Below, one piece after another: positions 20,396-30,888 of a stretch of 64,000 nt of DNA; within the stretch, counting starts at the first letter, position 1; the number at the start of each line of letters is the position of its first letter. The notes beneath the pieces are model-generated. The model saw nothing but the letters and a program-made list of their open reading frames with translations, made no database searches and had not been told where the DNA came from. This DNA is from an uncultured delta proteobacterium (GTDB taxonomy: Bacteria > Myxococcota_A > Polyangia > Fen-1088). The translations under genes were made by a program, and so were the position numbers. Location: NCBI GenBank assembly GCA_963737265.1, contig CAVTRY010000012.1, positions 288,001 to 352,000 of the forward strand. Direction: 5' to 3'.

Positions 20396-20577
20396 CGAAA
20401 GCTTACCTCCGGGGTGAAAGGCGGGAACGAGCCAGCCGTCATTTTGAGTGGTTAATGTGGTAAAGCAGTCTAAAGCTTCAATCGGAGTGTGGGGACGGTG
20501 CGGTACAAGGGAACGCCACAAGGCGATCCAATGTGGTTGTCCGCCTTTGCCCCTGCCCCGCGTAATCTTGCCGAGCT

Positions 20578-20648
20578 CTATTTTCCGTACCCAGCGGCCT
20601 GGGCGTTTTGCAGGACGGCGAGGTCGGTGGCGTCCGACGGCCGGCCGG
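20578..20648 (-). pseudogene. Orphan 3' end of a GH54 paralogue
   Basis: Near-identical to 18356-18426 (RPSDATDLAVLQNAQAAGYGK*). Confidence 0.75.
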
Positions 20649-20847
20649 CAAGAAAAGCGGACTGGATTTTCATCACACGTCTCCTTTGTTTTGGAACCCG
20701 GAACCTCAGGGAGTCGAGAGAGCGCCGGTGGCAGCGCTCATCTCTCAGCAGACAGCTACTAATGTTATTAGCCTCTCGAAATTGTCAGAATAAATCATCA
20801 AATCGACAAACCCGACGCGTTACGGTGTCCCACCGTCTGCAACGCGC

Positions 20848-22032
20848 TCATGGGCCGTCGCCCGCCGGTCGCGTTGAGAATTGGTAGGTGGTGGTCTGCG
20901 TGTAGGTCTGCCCCGGCCGCAGCACTGCACTGGGGAACGTCGGATGGTTCGGCGCATCCGGAAATAGCTGTGCTTCCAGACACAGCGCCGTGCGGTGCTG
21001 ATACGCCACGCCGTTCTTGCCATGGATGGTCCCATTGAGGAAATTGCCTGAATAGAACTGGATGCCAGGCTGATCGGTGAGGATCCGCATGACGATTCCA
21101 CTGGTCGGGTCGTATAGCTCGGCTACCTTGCGCACCTTCTTGCCGGGGTTGCGCAGAACCCAGTTGTGATCGTAGCCCTTGCCGAGCTCGAGCTGCGCGT
21201 CCTTAGCGTCAATGCGGGCGCCAATCTTGGTCGCCTTGCGGAAATCCATCGGTGTGCCGGCGACGTCCGCCAGCTTTCCGGTCGGAATGAGGCCTGGACC
21301 GACTGGGGTCGTCTTTTCAGCATCGATCATCAGTTCCTCGTCGAGGATGGTTCGCGTGGGATCGCCACTGAGGTTGAAATAGGAATGGTGGGTCGGGTTG
21401 AGGATGGTGGGCTTGTCGGTCGTTCCCCGGTAGTCGATGCGCAGCCCGTTGTCGCGTGTCAGCGTGTAGGTCACGGCGAGCGTGACCTTTCCGGGATATC
21501 CTTCTTCGCCGTCCTTGCTCACATAGGTGAGCTTCACGCCGGGGCCTTCCTTGCCTTTTACCGGCTCCGCCTTCCACAGCTTCTTGAAGAAGCCGTGGGC
21601 GCCTCCGTGCAAGTGGTTGGGCCCGTTATTAATGTCCAATTGATAGCGCGTGCCATCGAGCGTGAATTTGCCTTCGGCGATGCGGTTTCCATAGCGTCCG
21701 ACGGTGGACCCGAAGAAATCCTTGTCTTTGACGTACCCAGCGAGATCGTCGTAGCCGAGGACAACATCGCGCGGCTTTCCTTGCCGGTCCGGAACCTTCA
21801 GCGAGACGACAATGGCGCCGTAGTTGATGATTTTCGCCTCGGCGCCTGATGGGTTGGTGAGCGTGTAGAGGGTCACCTTGCCGCCGTCCTCGAGGGTACC
21901 GAAGGCAGTTTCAGCGACCGATGGCTCGGCCTTCTTGCCGGGCTCGGCGGATGCCGTCGCCGCTGCCACCATCGGCAGCGCAAACGCCAGGACAAATGCT
22001 GACAGATTCGATTTCACGGCCATAGCTGCCAT
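20848..22032 (-). CDS. galM: Aldose 1-epimerase (mutarotase) with signal peptide
   Basis: GRYGNRIA, NHLHGG, EEGYPG, NPTHHSYFNL, YDHNW, QFYSGNFL, LCLEAQ. Confidence 0.93.
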   Translation of the reverse strand: MAAMAVKSNLSAFVLAFALPMVAAATASAEPGKKAEPSVAETAFGTLEDGGKVTLYTLTNPSGAEAKIINYGAIVVSLKVPDRQGKPRDVVLGYDDLAGYVKDKDFFGSTVGRYGNRIAEGKFTLDGTRYQLDINNGPNHLHGGAHGFFKKLWKAEPVKGKEGPGVKLTYVSKDGEEGYPGKVTLAVTYTLTRDNGLRIDYRGTTDKPTILNPTHHSYFNLSGDPTRTILDEELMIDAEKTTPVGPGLIPTGKLADVAGTPMDFRKATKIGARIDAKDAQLELGKGYDHNWVLRNPGKKVRKVAELYDPTSGIVMRILTDQPGIQFYSGNFLNGTIHGKNGVAYQHRTALCLEAQLFPDAPNHPTFPSAVLRPGQTYTQTTTYQFSTRPAGDGP

Positions 22033-22041
22033 GCTCCCGGG

Positions 22042-23550
22042 CTACCACATGGCTTCGGCTTGCAGGCCGGCCGTGGTGCCGCTCAACTTGAATACGCCGG
22101 TATTGGGGTCGGGGTCGGTGTACAATCTGCCAGAATCGACGGTGGCGATTGCGGCATTCTTATCCCACACCGCCCACGTGACGAAGAGGCGAAGCTCCGG
22201 GCGGGCCCAAAATCCCTTGGCCGAGGTGAGCGCAAGGGCGCCGGTGAGCTTGGTCAACTGGCGGCTTCCTTGGGTGTTGGTCGGACTGAGTTGGTCGTGA
22301 CCGACCTCGCCGAGCAGCTTGGCGTGCTGGGTGAACGCGAAGCTCAAACGTGTGCCGGCGGAAATCCAAGTCCCGGCGGCCGGACCAGAGTTCTTGTCAC
22401 GCTGATACACGAGGTTCGCCTGCAGGCCGAGCCAGTCGGTGGGCTGAATGGTGAGCACATCGAGGGCCCGAATCCGCCACGAGCTGGTTTCGTTATTGAG
22501 CGAGAAATCCGGGTAATAGAAGCGCGAGAGGGTCCCAAAACCCGTACCACCGCCTCTTCCATATTGGACGGCCACCTTGTTGTCGCCGCCGAGCACTTCC
22601 TGCACGTACCGGAAGGTACCACCCCAACCGCCATAAGTTGTGGCGGGATTGCCGTTGGAATCTACGCTTCCGCTCCAATCCAAGATGTACTGGAACCCGA
22701 ATTGCAGCTCACCGCTTTCCCACGGCCGGAGCCCTCGAAGCTGGAAATCGTTGCGAATGCCGAGGCCATATAGGTCCGGCAACGCCGGCGTCCCAGAAGG
22801 CTGTCCGTCGACGGCGAAGGCACCATAGCTGAACGTCAGGTCGCGCACAGCGTTCCCGCTCCACCCGAATGCCTTGCCGAGTCTGATGTCCTCGATTCCC
22901 GCACCCACACCCGAGGGATTCCAATAGAAGAAGTCGCTGATGTAGACGCTTTCGCGCTTGTAATAGCGGGTACCAACCCAGGCCGTCCCGCCGAAGAGCC
23001 ACGGAATACCCTGGATGTCGGCGTAGAGATTGGGGAAGGCCACAGTCGCGCCGGTACCTGGCGAGCCCTTGTCCGACGAGGTGACCCCGGTCGGAGTATA
23101 GCCGATATAGGTCGTCGGTATGTAGGCAACTGGCATGAAGTGCAAGTGCGCGACCGAGCCATCCTCCCCAGCGTAGACCACCGTCGTGGTGTGCAGCTCG
23201 CCCCACACCTCGCACTCGTTGCCAAGCCGGTACTTGGAGAGCAAGCCGCCAATATTGAGTTGGAAGCAGGTCTGGCGGCCCTTTTCGCGGACGTTTGCGC
23301 CGAAACCGCCACGAAAGTATCCGTTCACGGTCATGTCGCCGACTTTGGGTTTGGCGGCTGGAACAGCGGCCGGCGCGGCGGAATCACCCACCGCGGCGAC
23401 GGGCGCCACCGGCGCCGGCTGCTCGGCCTTTTGTTCGTCAGTGGGCGCTTGGACGCCGGCGACTGTGGATTCCTCGGCGAAGGCAGAAGGCGACAGGAAG
23501 CCCGTCACTAGCAATCCCCATAGCCCTGATAGCTGTAATACTCGTCGCAT
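22042..23550 (-). CDS. LamB/maltoporin-family carbohydrate porin
   Basis: GYFRGG...KYRLGNECE...WVGTRYY...FWARPELRLF...GLQAEAMW. Confidence 0.88.
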   Translation of the reverse strand: MRRVLQLSGLWGLLVTGFLSPSAFAEESTVAGVQAPTDEQKAEQPAPVAPVAAVGDSAAPAAVPAAKPKVGDMTVNGYFRGGFGANVREKGRQTCFQLNIGGLLSKYRLGNECEVWGELHTTTVVYAGEDGSVAHLHFMPVAYIPTTYIGYTPTGVTSSDKGSPGTGATVAFPNLYADIQGIPWLFGGTAWVGTRYYKRESVYISDFFYWNPSGVGAGIEDIRLGKAFGWSGNAVRDLTFSYGAFAVDGQPSGTPALPDLYGLGIRNDFQLRGLRPWESGELQFGFQYILDWSGSVDSNGNPATTYGGWGGTFRYVQEVLGGDNKVAVQYGRGGGTGFGTLSRFYYPDFSLNNETSSWRIRALDVLTIQPTDWLGLQANLVYQRDKNSGPAAGTWISAGTRLSFAFTQHAKLLGEVGHDQLSPTNTQGSRQLTKLTGALALTSAKGFWARPELRLFVTWAVWDKNAAIATVDSGRLYTDPDPNTGVFKLSGTTAGLQAEAMW

Positions 23551-23621
23551 GGTTGACCTTTCCTCTCGTGTGTTACAGTGGCTAGAACTTCGTATCGGTC
23601 ATCGTCTACCGGAAACGGTAG

Positions 23622-25358
23622 CTACCAGAAGCAGTAGTAGAAAATGCCGATAATAGTTACGATAATTGCGCTGTGGATGACGTCCCAGTAGTTCCAGCTA
23701 GCGCGGGTGGCGGCTTTCTCTTCGGCGGTCGCGCCGTAATAGGTGTAGCGCACGGTGCTTGGATCGGGTGCCTTGGTGAACGCGCTAATGGCGAAGACTA
23801 GGACGGCGCAAAGGATCAGCAGACCTTCCGCGAAGTACAGCCAGTGGATCTGCTGCAGGCCGAACAAGATGCCATACCGGTCGCGGAGCATGTCGGCGGT
23901 CGCGACCCCTTCTTTGAGCGGGCGCTCGATGAGCAGATCGAGGCCGAGACGGAGGAAGCCGCCCACCGCGCCGACCAGGAAGGCCCAGAAGGCGGCGGGA
24001 GCCGTGGCGCGTTTCCAGAAGATGCCCATCACAAAAAGCACCGCGATGGCGGGCGACATGTAGCCTTGCACGCTTTGCAGGTATTCGTAGAGGTTCTTGC
24101 CGAGGCTCTTCATCACCAGCACCCACAGGATGCCGACCAGCACGATGACCGCGGTGGACATACGCCCCACGAAGACCTGGGTCTTGCCCGAGGCATTGGG
24201 CCGCCACTTCTGGAAGAAGTCCATGGTGACCAAGGTGGCGGACGCGTTGTACTTCGAGGCCAGCGACGCCATCAGGGCGGTCAGCATGCCGCACGCCACG
24301 ATGCCACGGATGCCGTGGGGCAGGAGCTGGGCGACGAGGCTGGTGTAGGCTTGGTCGCCATTCCCCGCGGTGGTGAAGCCGCTTCCGGGCGTGCTGAAGA
24401 GCGCGAAGGCGATCATGCCGGGAATCAGGAAGATGAACACCGGCGTGAGCTTGAGGTAGCCGGCCAGGATGCTGCCGCGCCGGCTTTCTTTCTGGTTCTT
24501 GCCGGCCAGCACGCGCTGGACGATGTACTGGTCGGTGCACCAGTACCAGAACCCGATGATGGCCGACCCCGGCAGCACCGCCAGCCAGGGGAACCTCGCG
24601 TCCGAGTTGGAACGGATGAGGTGGATGTTGCTTCCCGCCGAGTCGAGCATCTTGTGCCAACCGGCGACCAGGTTGCCCGCGCCCAGCTTGTCGAGGCCAA
24701 TATAGAGGATGCAGATGGACCCAAACAGCAAGACGGGTGTTTGCAGTACGGCGGTGTACATGATAACGCGCAAGCCGCCGAGCGCCGTGTAGATTCCGGT
24801 GGCCACGGCAAGTCCGACGGAAACCACCCAAAAGAGCGGTATCTCGTGTCCCAACATGGACACGCTGTCTCGGCCGAGCAACACAGTGAAGACCACGTCC
24901 GCGGCATAAAGGGTCGCGGCGATCTTGGTGAGCACCAGGCTGGCGATAGTGAGAAAACTCAGGATGGAGCGCGATCCAGGAGAAAAGCGCCGTTCCAGGA
25001 ATTCCGGCATGGTGAAGACCTGGATGCGGTCGTAGATGGGCACGAAGACCCAGCCCAAAATCAGGATGATCCAGGCCTGAATTTCCCAGTGTGCCATGGC
25101 CATGCCCGACGCGAAGCCCGCGCCGGCCAAGCCCACGAGATGCTCGGAACCAATGTTGGAGGAATAGATCGAGGTGCCGATCTGCAGCCATCCCGCCTGG
25201 CGCCCGGAAAGAAAATAGTCGGTGCCGGATTGGGCCTTCTTGCGCGTGGAGGCCCACACCACCACCACCATCCCGAGAAGGAACAGCACGATGACCAGCC
25301 AGTCGAGCCCGTTGAAAACCGAGCCTGTGTTGTGCGCCGCCAGCAGCGGTAGGTTCAT
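23622..25358 (-). CDS. Sodium:solute symporter (SSS, sugar)
   Basis: DYFLSGR, SNIGSEHLVGLAG, TMPEFLERRF, WYWCTDQYIVQRVL. Confidence 0.93.
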   Translation of the reverse strand: MNLPLLAAHNTGSVFNGLDWLVIVLFLLGMVVVVWASTRKKAQSGTDYFLSGRQAGWLQIGTSIYSSNIGSEHLVGLAGAGFASGMAMAHWEIQAWIILILGWVFVPIYDRIQVFTMPEFLERRFSPGSRSILSFLTIASLVLTKIAATLYAADVVFTVLLGRDSVSMLGHEIPLFWVVSVGLAVATGIYTALGGLRVIMYTAVLQTPVLLFGSICILYIGLDKLGAGNLVAGWHKMLDSAGSNIHLIRSNSDARFPWLAVLPGSAIIGFWYWCTDQYIVQRVLAGKNQKESRRGSILAGYLKLTPVFIFLIPGMIAFALFSTPGSGFTTAGNGDQAYTSLVAQLLPHGIRGIVACGMLTALMASLASKYNASATLVTMDFFQKWRPNASGKTQVFVGRMSTAVIVLVGILWVLVMKSLGKNLYEYLQSVQGYMSPAIAVLFVMGIFWKRATAPAAFWAFLVGAVGGFLRLGLDLLIERPLKEGVATADMLRDRYGILFGLQQIHWLYFAEGLLILCAVLVFAISAFTKAPDPSTVRYTYYGATAEEKAATRASWNYWDVIHSAIIVTIIGIFYYCFW

Positions 25359-25429
25359 GTTGGCACTCCCATCCGGAGGCGTTCCCCGTTGGCTTGCTCC
25401 TTGACGATCGCTCGTGCTGCTTCCATGGT

Positions 25430-25445
25430 CCGTGTACGTACACGG
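25430..25445. promoter_or_regulatory. LacI-type operator CCGTGTACGTACACGG (SSS operon)
   Basis: Perfect 16-bp palindrome downstream of minus-strand TTGACG...TGGTACA. Confidence 0.8.
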
Positions 25446-25740
25446 CCCGTCTCGTGTACCATTGCCCCATTTTTCCGTCAACCCCCAAAACGACTGGGCG
25501 GGTCGCACCGGCCCGGCTCTTACATCCACTTTCTCGACGGACACACCGATATGTAGCCGCCTCGCCCCGCGTATCGGGCGAGGGCGCGGCGAAGCCGCGG
25601 GGGGTGGGGTTGGGAGGGGTGGACCCGAAGTGCCCCGGGCGGAGAGGTCGCCTCGCGCAGCAAGGTGGGTGAGGGGAGGGGTCGATGCAACGTACCCAAC
25701 AACCTTTGGGGTTGACGGAGAACTAGGGCGATGGTACAGA

Positions 25741-25756
25741 CCGTGTACGTACACGG
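25741..25756. promoter_or_regulatory. LacI-type operator CCGTGTACGTACACGG (lacI-araBAD)
   Basis: Same palindrome 3 bp before the lacI ATG, after TTGACG...TGGTACA. Confidence 0.8.
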
Positions 25757-25759
25757 GCC

Positions 25760-26857
25760 ATGGGAACGACACGCGCGACCGTCAAGGAAATAGCCCGTCT
25801 CGCGGGCGTTTCCATCGGCACCGTCGATCGGGTGCTGCACGATAGAGGCGAGGTCTCGGCCGACACCAAGGCGAAGGTCGGCGCGATTGTAGCTACCCTG
25901 GGCTACGAGCCCAATATCATGGCCCGACAGCTCGCAAAGGGCAGGGTCTATACCTTCCGCGCAATTTTTCCTCGCGCCGAACAGGACTCGGGCTACTGGG
26001 CACTGTGCCTCGCCGGCATCCACCGCGCCGAACGCGACCTGGCGCCCTATGGAACGAGGCTCAGGGTGCACGAATTCGATCGCTACGACCGAGCCTCCTA
26101 CCGCGCCCTGCTTAAAGACATCGTGGTCGAGCCGTGCGACGGTCTCCTCATAGCCCCGGTGCTGCCCGACGATCTTTTGCCGGCGCTGGACAAATTGAGC
26201 GACAGGGCCCGCGCGGGCCGCGCCGGCGGCCCCGCGCCCTACGTCTTCTTCGACTGCGACGCCGAGGGTGCCAGCCCGCTCGCGGCCATCGGTCAAGACG
26301 CCCGACGCGGAGGTTACCTCGCCGGACGTATGATGTCCGTGCTCGCGAAGGGACGCGGGCCGCTCGTCGCGGTGAGTGCCCACGCTGGAGACCGGCACAT
26401 TAGGTTGCGCATCGAGGGCTTCGAGACTTTCTTTCGCGATGTGAGCAATGGAAAATCAGGGGCCGGATCGCGCAAGGTCGTGGTGACGGAATGCCGGGGA
26501 CTCGAGAGCGCCGAGGACTGCGAGCGTACCCTCGGCCAGATCTTTAGCTCCAATCGCGACGTCGCGGGGATTTTGGTCGCCAATGCCTCGGGCCATATCG
26601 CGGGCGAATGGCTTGCCGCAAAAGGCGCCAAGGAAAACTGCGCCGTCGTCTCGTGGGACTTGGTGCCGGCCAACGCGCAAGCTCTCCGCGAGGACAAGAT
26701 CGACTGCATCGTCTCTCAACACCCCGCCGAGCAGGCGCGCGAGGGTCTCGAGAGGCTCTACAAGGCAGTCGTCCGCGGCGAGGCGGATTCCTCGCCCGCA
26801 TCGATTCCGCTCGAAGTGTATTTCAAAGAGAACCTGCCAGAGAAGGAGTTGGAATGA
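25760..26857 (+). CDS. LacI-family transcriptional regulator
   Basis: ATVKEIARLAGVSIGTVDRVLHDRG HTH; sugar-binding domain. Confidence 0.93.
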   Translation: MGTTRATVKEIARLAGVSIGTVDRVLHDRGEVSADTKAKVGAIVATLGYEPNIMARQLAKGRVYTFRAIFPRAEQDSGYWALCLAGIHRAERDLAPYGTRLRVHEFDRYDRASYRALLKDIVVEPCDGLLIAPVLPDDLLPALDKLSDRARAGRAGGPAPYVFFDCDAEGASPLAAIGQDARRGGYLAGRMMSVLAKGRGPLVAVSAHAGDRHIRLRIEGFETFFRDVSNGKSGAGSRKVVVTECRGLESAEDCERTLGQIFSSNRDVAGILVANASGHIAGEWLAAKGAKENCAVVSWDLVPANAQALREDKIDCIVSQHPAEQAREGLERLYKAVVRGEADSSPASIPLEVYFKENLPEKELE

Positions 26858-28512
26858 CCGTCAAGAAGGGACAAGACTACGTCCTCGGCATCGATTTCGG
26901 CACCGACTCGGTTCGGGCCCTCGTCGTGGACGCGGCCGACGGGTCGAGCGCGGGCACGGCGGTAAGCGCGTACAAGCGCTGGGCCACGGGCGAATTCTGC
27001 GACGCCCGCTCCAACCGCTTTCGCCAGCATCCCCTCGACTACGTCGAAGGAATCGAGGACGCCACCCGGCGAGCCCTCGCCGAGGCGGGCGCCGCGGCCG
27101 CCGCCAAGGTGCGGGGTATCACCATCGACACGACGGGCTCCACCCCGTGCCTCGCCGACGAGACGGGCACGCCACTCGCAATCAATCCCGAATTCGCAGC
27201 GGAGCCCGATGCGATGTTCGTCCTGTGGAAAGACCACACGGCTGTCGCCCAGGCTGAGCGGATCAATGAGCTTGCCCGCAGTTGGGGCGGCGAGGACTTC
27301 ACCAAGTACGAAGGCGGCATCTACTCCTCCGAGTGGTTCTGGGCTAAGGTGCTTCGGCTCGTCTTGAACAAGACCAGGGCCGCCGCCGCTGCCCGCACCA
27401 TAGTCGAGCACTGCGATTGGATGCCTGCCCTACTCACCGGGACGAAAGATCTGGCCCAGTACAAGCGCAGCCGCTGCGCCGCCGGGCACAAGGCGATGTG
27501 GCACGCGTCTTGGGGCGGATATCCACCCGCCGCCTTCCTCGACAAGCTCGGTCCCCGACTCTCGGAGCTCGCTGCCTCCCTCGGCACGGACACCTACACG
27601 GCCGAGACTCCCTTCGGCAAGCTCAGCGCGGAATGGGCCAAGCGCCTCGGCCTGTCGACCGAGGTGGTGGTGTCGGTGGGCGCTTTCGACGCGCACATCG
27701 GCGCGGTGGGCGGCGACGTGGCACCCGGCACGCTGCTCAAGATCATGGGCACGAGTACCTGCGACATCATGATCGGCCCGAGGCCCACGGGCGCGGAGAA
27801 GCTCGTGCGCGGGATCTGCGGCCAGATGGACGGCTCGGTCGTGCAGGGCATGATCGGCTACGAGGCGGGGCAGTCGGCCTTCGGCGATGTCTTCGCCTGG
27901 TTCCGCAAAATCCTCGCCTGGCCGGCCCGCGCCCTGCCAGGACTCGGCGACCCGCAGGCGATCGAGGACAAGCTCCTCCCCGCCCTCGAGGCCGAGGCCG
28001 CCAAGATCGACCCCTCCCTGTCGGGCCTGGTGGCCCTCGACTGGCACAACGGCCGCCGCACGCCCGACGCCGACCAGGCCCTGACCGGCGCGCTCGCCGG
28101 AATCAGCCTCGGCACCGACGCGCCCGCGGTCTACCGCGCCCTAATCGAGTCGGCCGCCTTCGGCTCGCGCGCCATTGTGGAGCGCCTACGTTCCGAGGGC
28201 GTGAAGGTCGAGCGCGTAGCCGCCATCGGTGGCGTCGCCCGCAAGAGTCCCCTCGTGATGCAGATTTGCGCCGACGTCCTCGGCATGGACATCTCGGTCT
28301 CCGCCAACGACCAGTCCGTCGCGCTCGGCGGCGCCATGTTCGCCGCCACGGCGGCCGGCCTCTATCCCGACGCCCTCGCGGCCCAGGCCGCCATGCGCGC
28401 CCCGGTCGAGCACGTCTACAAGCCCGATCCGGCGCGTCGCGCCGCCTACGACAAGATTTACCTGAAATACAAGGCACTCGGCGCCTTTGCCGAAAAGGAG
28501 ATGCGCAAATGA
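26854..28512 (+). CDS. araB: L-ribulokinase
   Basis: [57 protein letters not shown]. Confidence 0.93.
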   Translation: MTVKKGQDYVLGIDFGTDSVRALVVDAADGSSAGTAVSAYKRWATGEFCDARSNRFRQHPLDYVEGIEDATRRALAEAGAAAAAKVRGITIDTTGSTPCLADETGTPLAINPEFAAEPDAMFVLWKDHTAVAQAERINELARSWGGEDFTKYEGGIYSSEWFWAKVLRLVLNKTRAAAAARTIVEHCDWMPALLTGTKDLAQYKRSRCAAGHKAMWHASWGGYPPAAFLDKLGPRLSELAASLGTDTYTAETPFGKLSAEWAKRLGLSTEVVVSVGAFDAHIGAVGGDVAPGTLLKIMGTSTCDIMIGPRPTGAEKLVRGICGQMDGSVVQGMIGYEAGQSAFGDVFAWFRKILAWPARALPGLGDPQAIEDKLLPALEAEAAKIDPSLSGLVALDWHNGRRTPDADQALTGALAGISLGTDAPAVYRALIESAAFGSRAIVERLRSEGVKVERVAAIGGVARKSPLVMQICADVLGMDISVSANDQSVALGGAMFAATAAGLYPDALAAQAAMRAPVEHVYKPDPARRAAYDKIYLKYKALGAFAEKEMRK

Positions 28513-29994
28513 TCGACCTCAAAAAGTTCGAAATCTATTTCGTGACCGGTAGCCAGGATCTGTACGGCGCCGAAACACTCAGGAAAGTCGACGAGCATTC
28601 GAAAGCCATGGTCGAGGCCCTCGACCCCAAGCTGCCCTGCAAGCTCATCTGGAAACCTGTGGTGAAGGGGTCGGATGCCATCCTGGCCCTGGTTCGCGAA
28701 GCCAACTCCAACCCGAATTGCGCGGGCATCGTCACGTGGATGCACACCTTCAGCCCGTCGAAGATGTGGATCGCCGGCCTCACCCAGCTAGCCAAGCCGC
28801 TGTGCCACCTGCACACCCAGTTCAACCGCGACATCCCGTGGGATTCCATCGATATGGACTTCATGAACCTCAACCAGTCGGCCCACGGCGACCGGGAGCA
28901 CGGCTTCATCGGCGCGCGCTTGCGCCTGCCGCGCAAGGTAGTCGTGGGGCACTGGGAGGCGCCCGCCGTCCTCGACAAGCTGTCCGGCTGGATGCGCACG
29001 GCGTCCGCCTTCGCCGACGGGCGTAGCCTCAAGGTCGCCCGCTTCGGCGACAACATGCGCGAAGTGGCGGTCACCGAGGGCGACAAGGTCGAGGCCCAGA
29101 TCAAGCTAGGCTGGTCCATCAACGGCTACGGCGTGGGCGACCTGGTCAAGGTTGTGAAGGAGATCTCCGACTCCGAGGTGGAGAAGCTGGTCAAGGTCTA
29201 CGCCGACGAGTACGAGATCGCCCCCGACGCCAAGTCAGGCGCAGGCCTTGAGCGCGTGAAGGTGCAGGCTCGCATCGAGCTCGGCCTCAAGACCTTCCTC
29301 GAGGGCGGGAAATTCGGCGCCTACACCGATACCTTCGAAGATCTCCACGGTCTGTCCCAGCTTCCCGGCCTCGCCTCCCAGCGCTTGATGGCGGCCGGGT
29401 ACGGCTTCGGCGCCGAGGGCGACTGGAAGACCTCGGCCCTGGTGCGGGCCATGAAGGTCATGGCCAACGGCCTCGGCGGGGCCTCCTTCCTCGAAGACTA
29501 CACCTACAACCTCGACCCGGCCGCGCCGGCCGGTTCTTGGTTCGCACATGCTCGAGATCTGTCCCTCCATCGCGAAGGGCAAGCCGAGGCTCGAGGTCCA
29601 TCCCCTCGGCATTGGCGGCAAGGACGACCCCGCGCGGCTCGTCTTCGCCGGCGATCCCGGTCCCGCTCTCAACGCAACCCTGGTCGACATGGGCGGCCGC
29701 ATGCGGCTCATCCTCAACGAGGTCGACGCCATCGAGGCCAAGGCGATGCCGAAGCTTCCCGTGGCCCGCGTCCTGCTCAAGCCCAGGCCCGACCTCGAGC
29801 GCGCCGCGGAGAGCTGGATCATCGCCGGTGGCGCCCACCACACTGGCTACTCGCGCATCGTCAAGACCGAGTGGATGCGCGACTGGGCCGAGATGGCCGG
29901 GATCGAATGCCTCGTCATCGACGCCAAGACCGACCCCAACGAGCTCCGCAAGGAGATCCGCTGGAACGAGATCGGTTATCGGCTCGGGATGTGA
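28509..29994 (+). pseudogene. araA: L-arabinose isomerase with +1 frameshift near 29535-29545
   Basis: [39 protein letters not shown], then [10 protein letters not shown]...GGAHH in another frame. Confidence 0.88.
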
Positions 29995-30001
29995 GCAGGC
30001 C

Positions 30002-30701
30002 ATGAGCCAGTACGACGCCCTCCGCGAGGAGGCCTGTGCGGCCAACCTCGAAATCGCCCGGCTCAGACTGGCGATCCTCACCTGGGGTAACGCCTCGGCA
30101 TTCGACCGAGCGGCGGGCGTCTTTGCCATCAAGCCCTCGGGCCTTGAGTACTCCCAGCTTACGCCCGAGAGCATGGTCGTCGTCGATCTCGATGGCAAGG
30201 TCGTCGCGGGGGCCATGCGGGCCTCCTCCGACACGAAGACCCACCTCGTCCTCTATCGCGCCTTCGCGGGCATACGGGGCGTCTGCCACAGCCATTCCCC
30301 CCACGCGGTCGCCTGGGCCCAGGCGAGGCGCCCTATCCCCTGCCTCGGCACCACCCACGCCGACCAGACCGCCGGCGAGATCCCTTGCACCGAAATGATC
30401 GGCGCCCAGGCCCTCGAGCGGGATTACGAGCTGGGCACGGGCGAGCTCATCGTCGAGACCTTCAAGGGCAAGAAGCCCCTTGAGATTCCGATGGTCATCG
30501 TCGCCGGCCACGGGCCCTTCACTTGGGGCGGAAGCGCCATGGCGGCGGTGCAGCTACGCGGCTGCCCTCGAGGAAGTCGCGCGCATGGCCATTCTCACGT
30601 ATCAGGTGGACCCGGGCGTAGCTCCCCTACCGGCGCACGTCATGCGCAAGCACTACGAGCGCAAGCACGGCGCAGGCGCCTACTACGGCCAGCCCAAGTA
30701 G
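30002..30701 (+). pseudogene. araD: L-ribulose-5-phosphate 4-epimerase with +1 frameshift near 30553
   Basis: TWGNAS, IKPSG, SSDTKTH, GTTHAD, HGPFTWG; C-terminal LEEVARMA...KHYERKHGAGAYYGQ in another frame. Confidence 0.88.
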
Positions 30702-30888
30702 TTAGCGATATTTTCTAGCGCGGGCTTCGCCCGCAACCCAAGGCTTCGCGAACGTCTGACTCCTCGTCTGTCATCCCTTCGAATCACTTGCTCGCTTTCT
30801 GTCTGAAGAACTGTCCAAAAATTGGACAGTTCTTCAGCAGCCGAGCAGCCGGCGGCCCTCCCTTCAAAAATCTTCAAGACGGGTCCAT

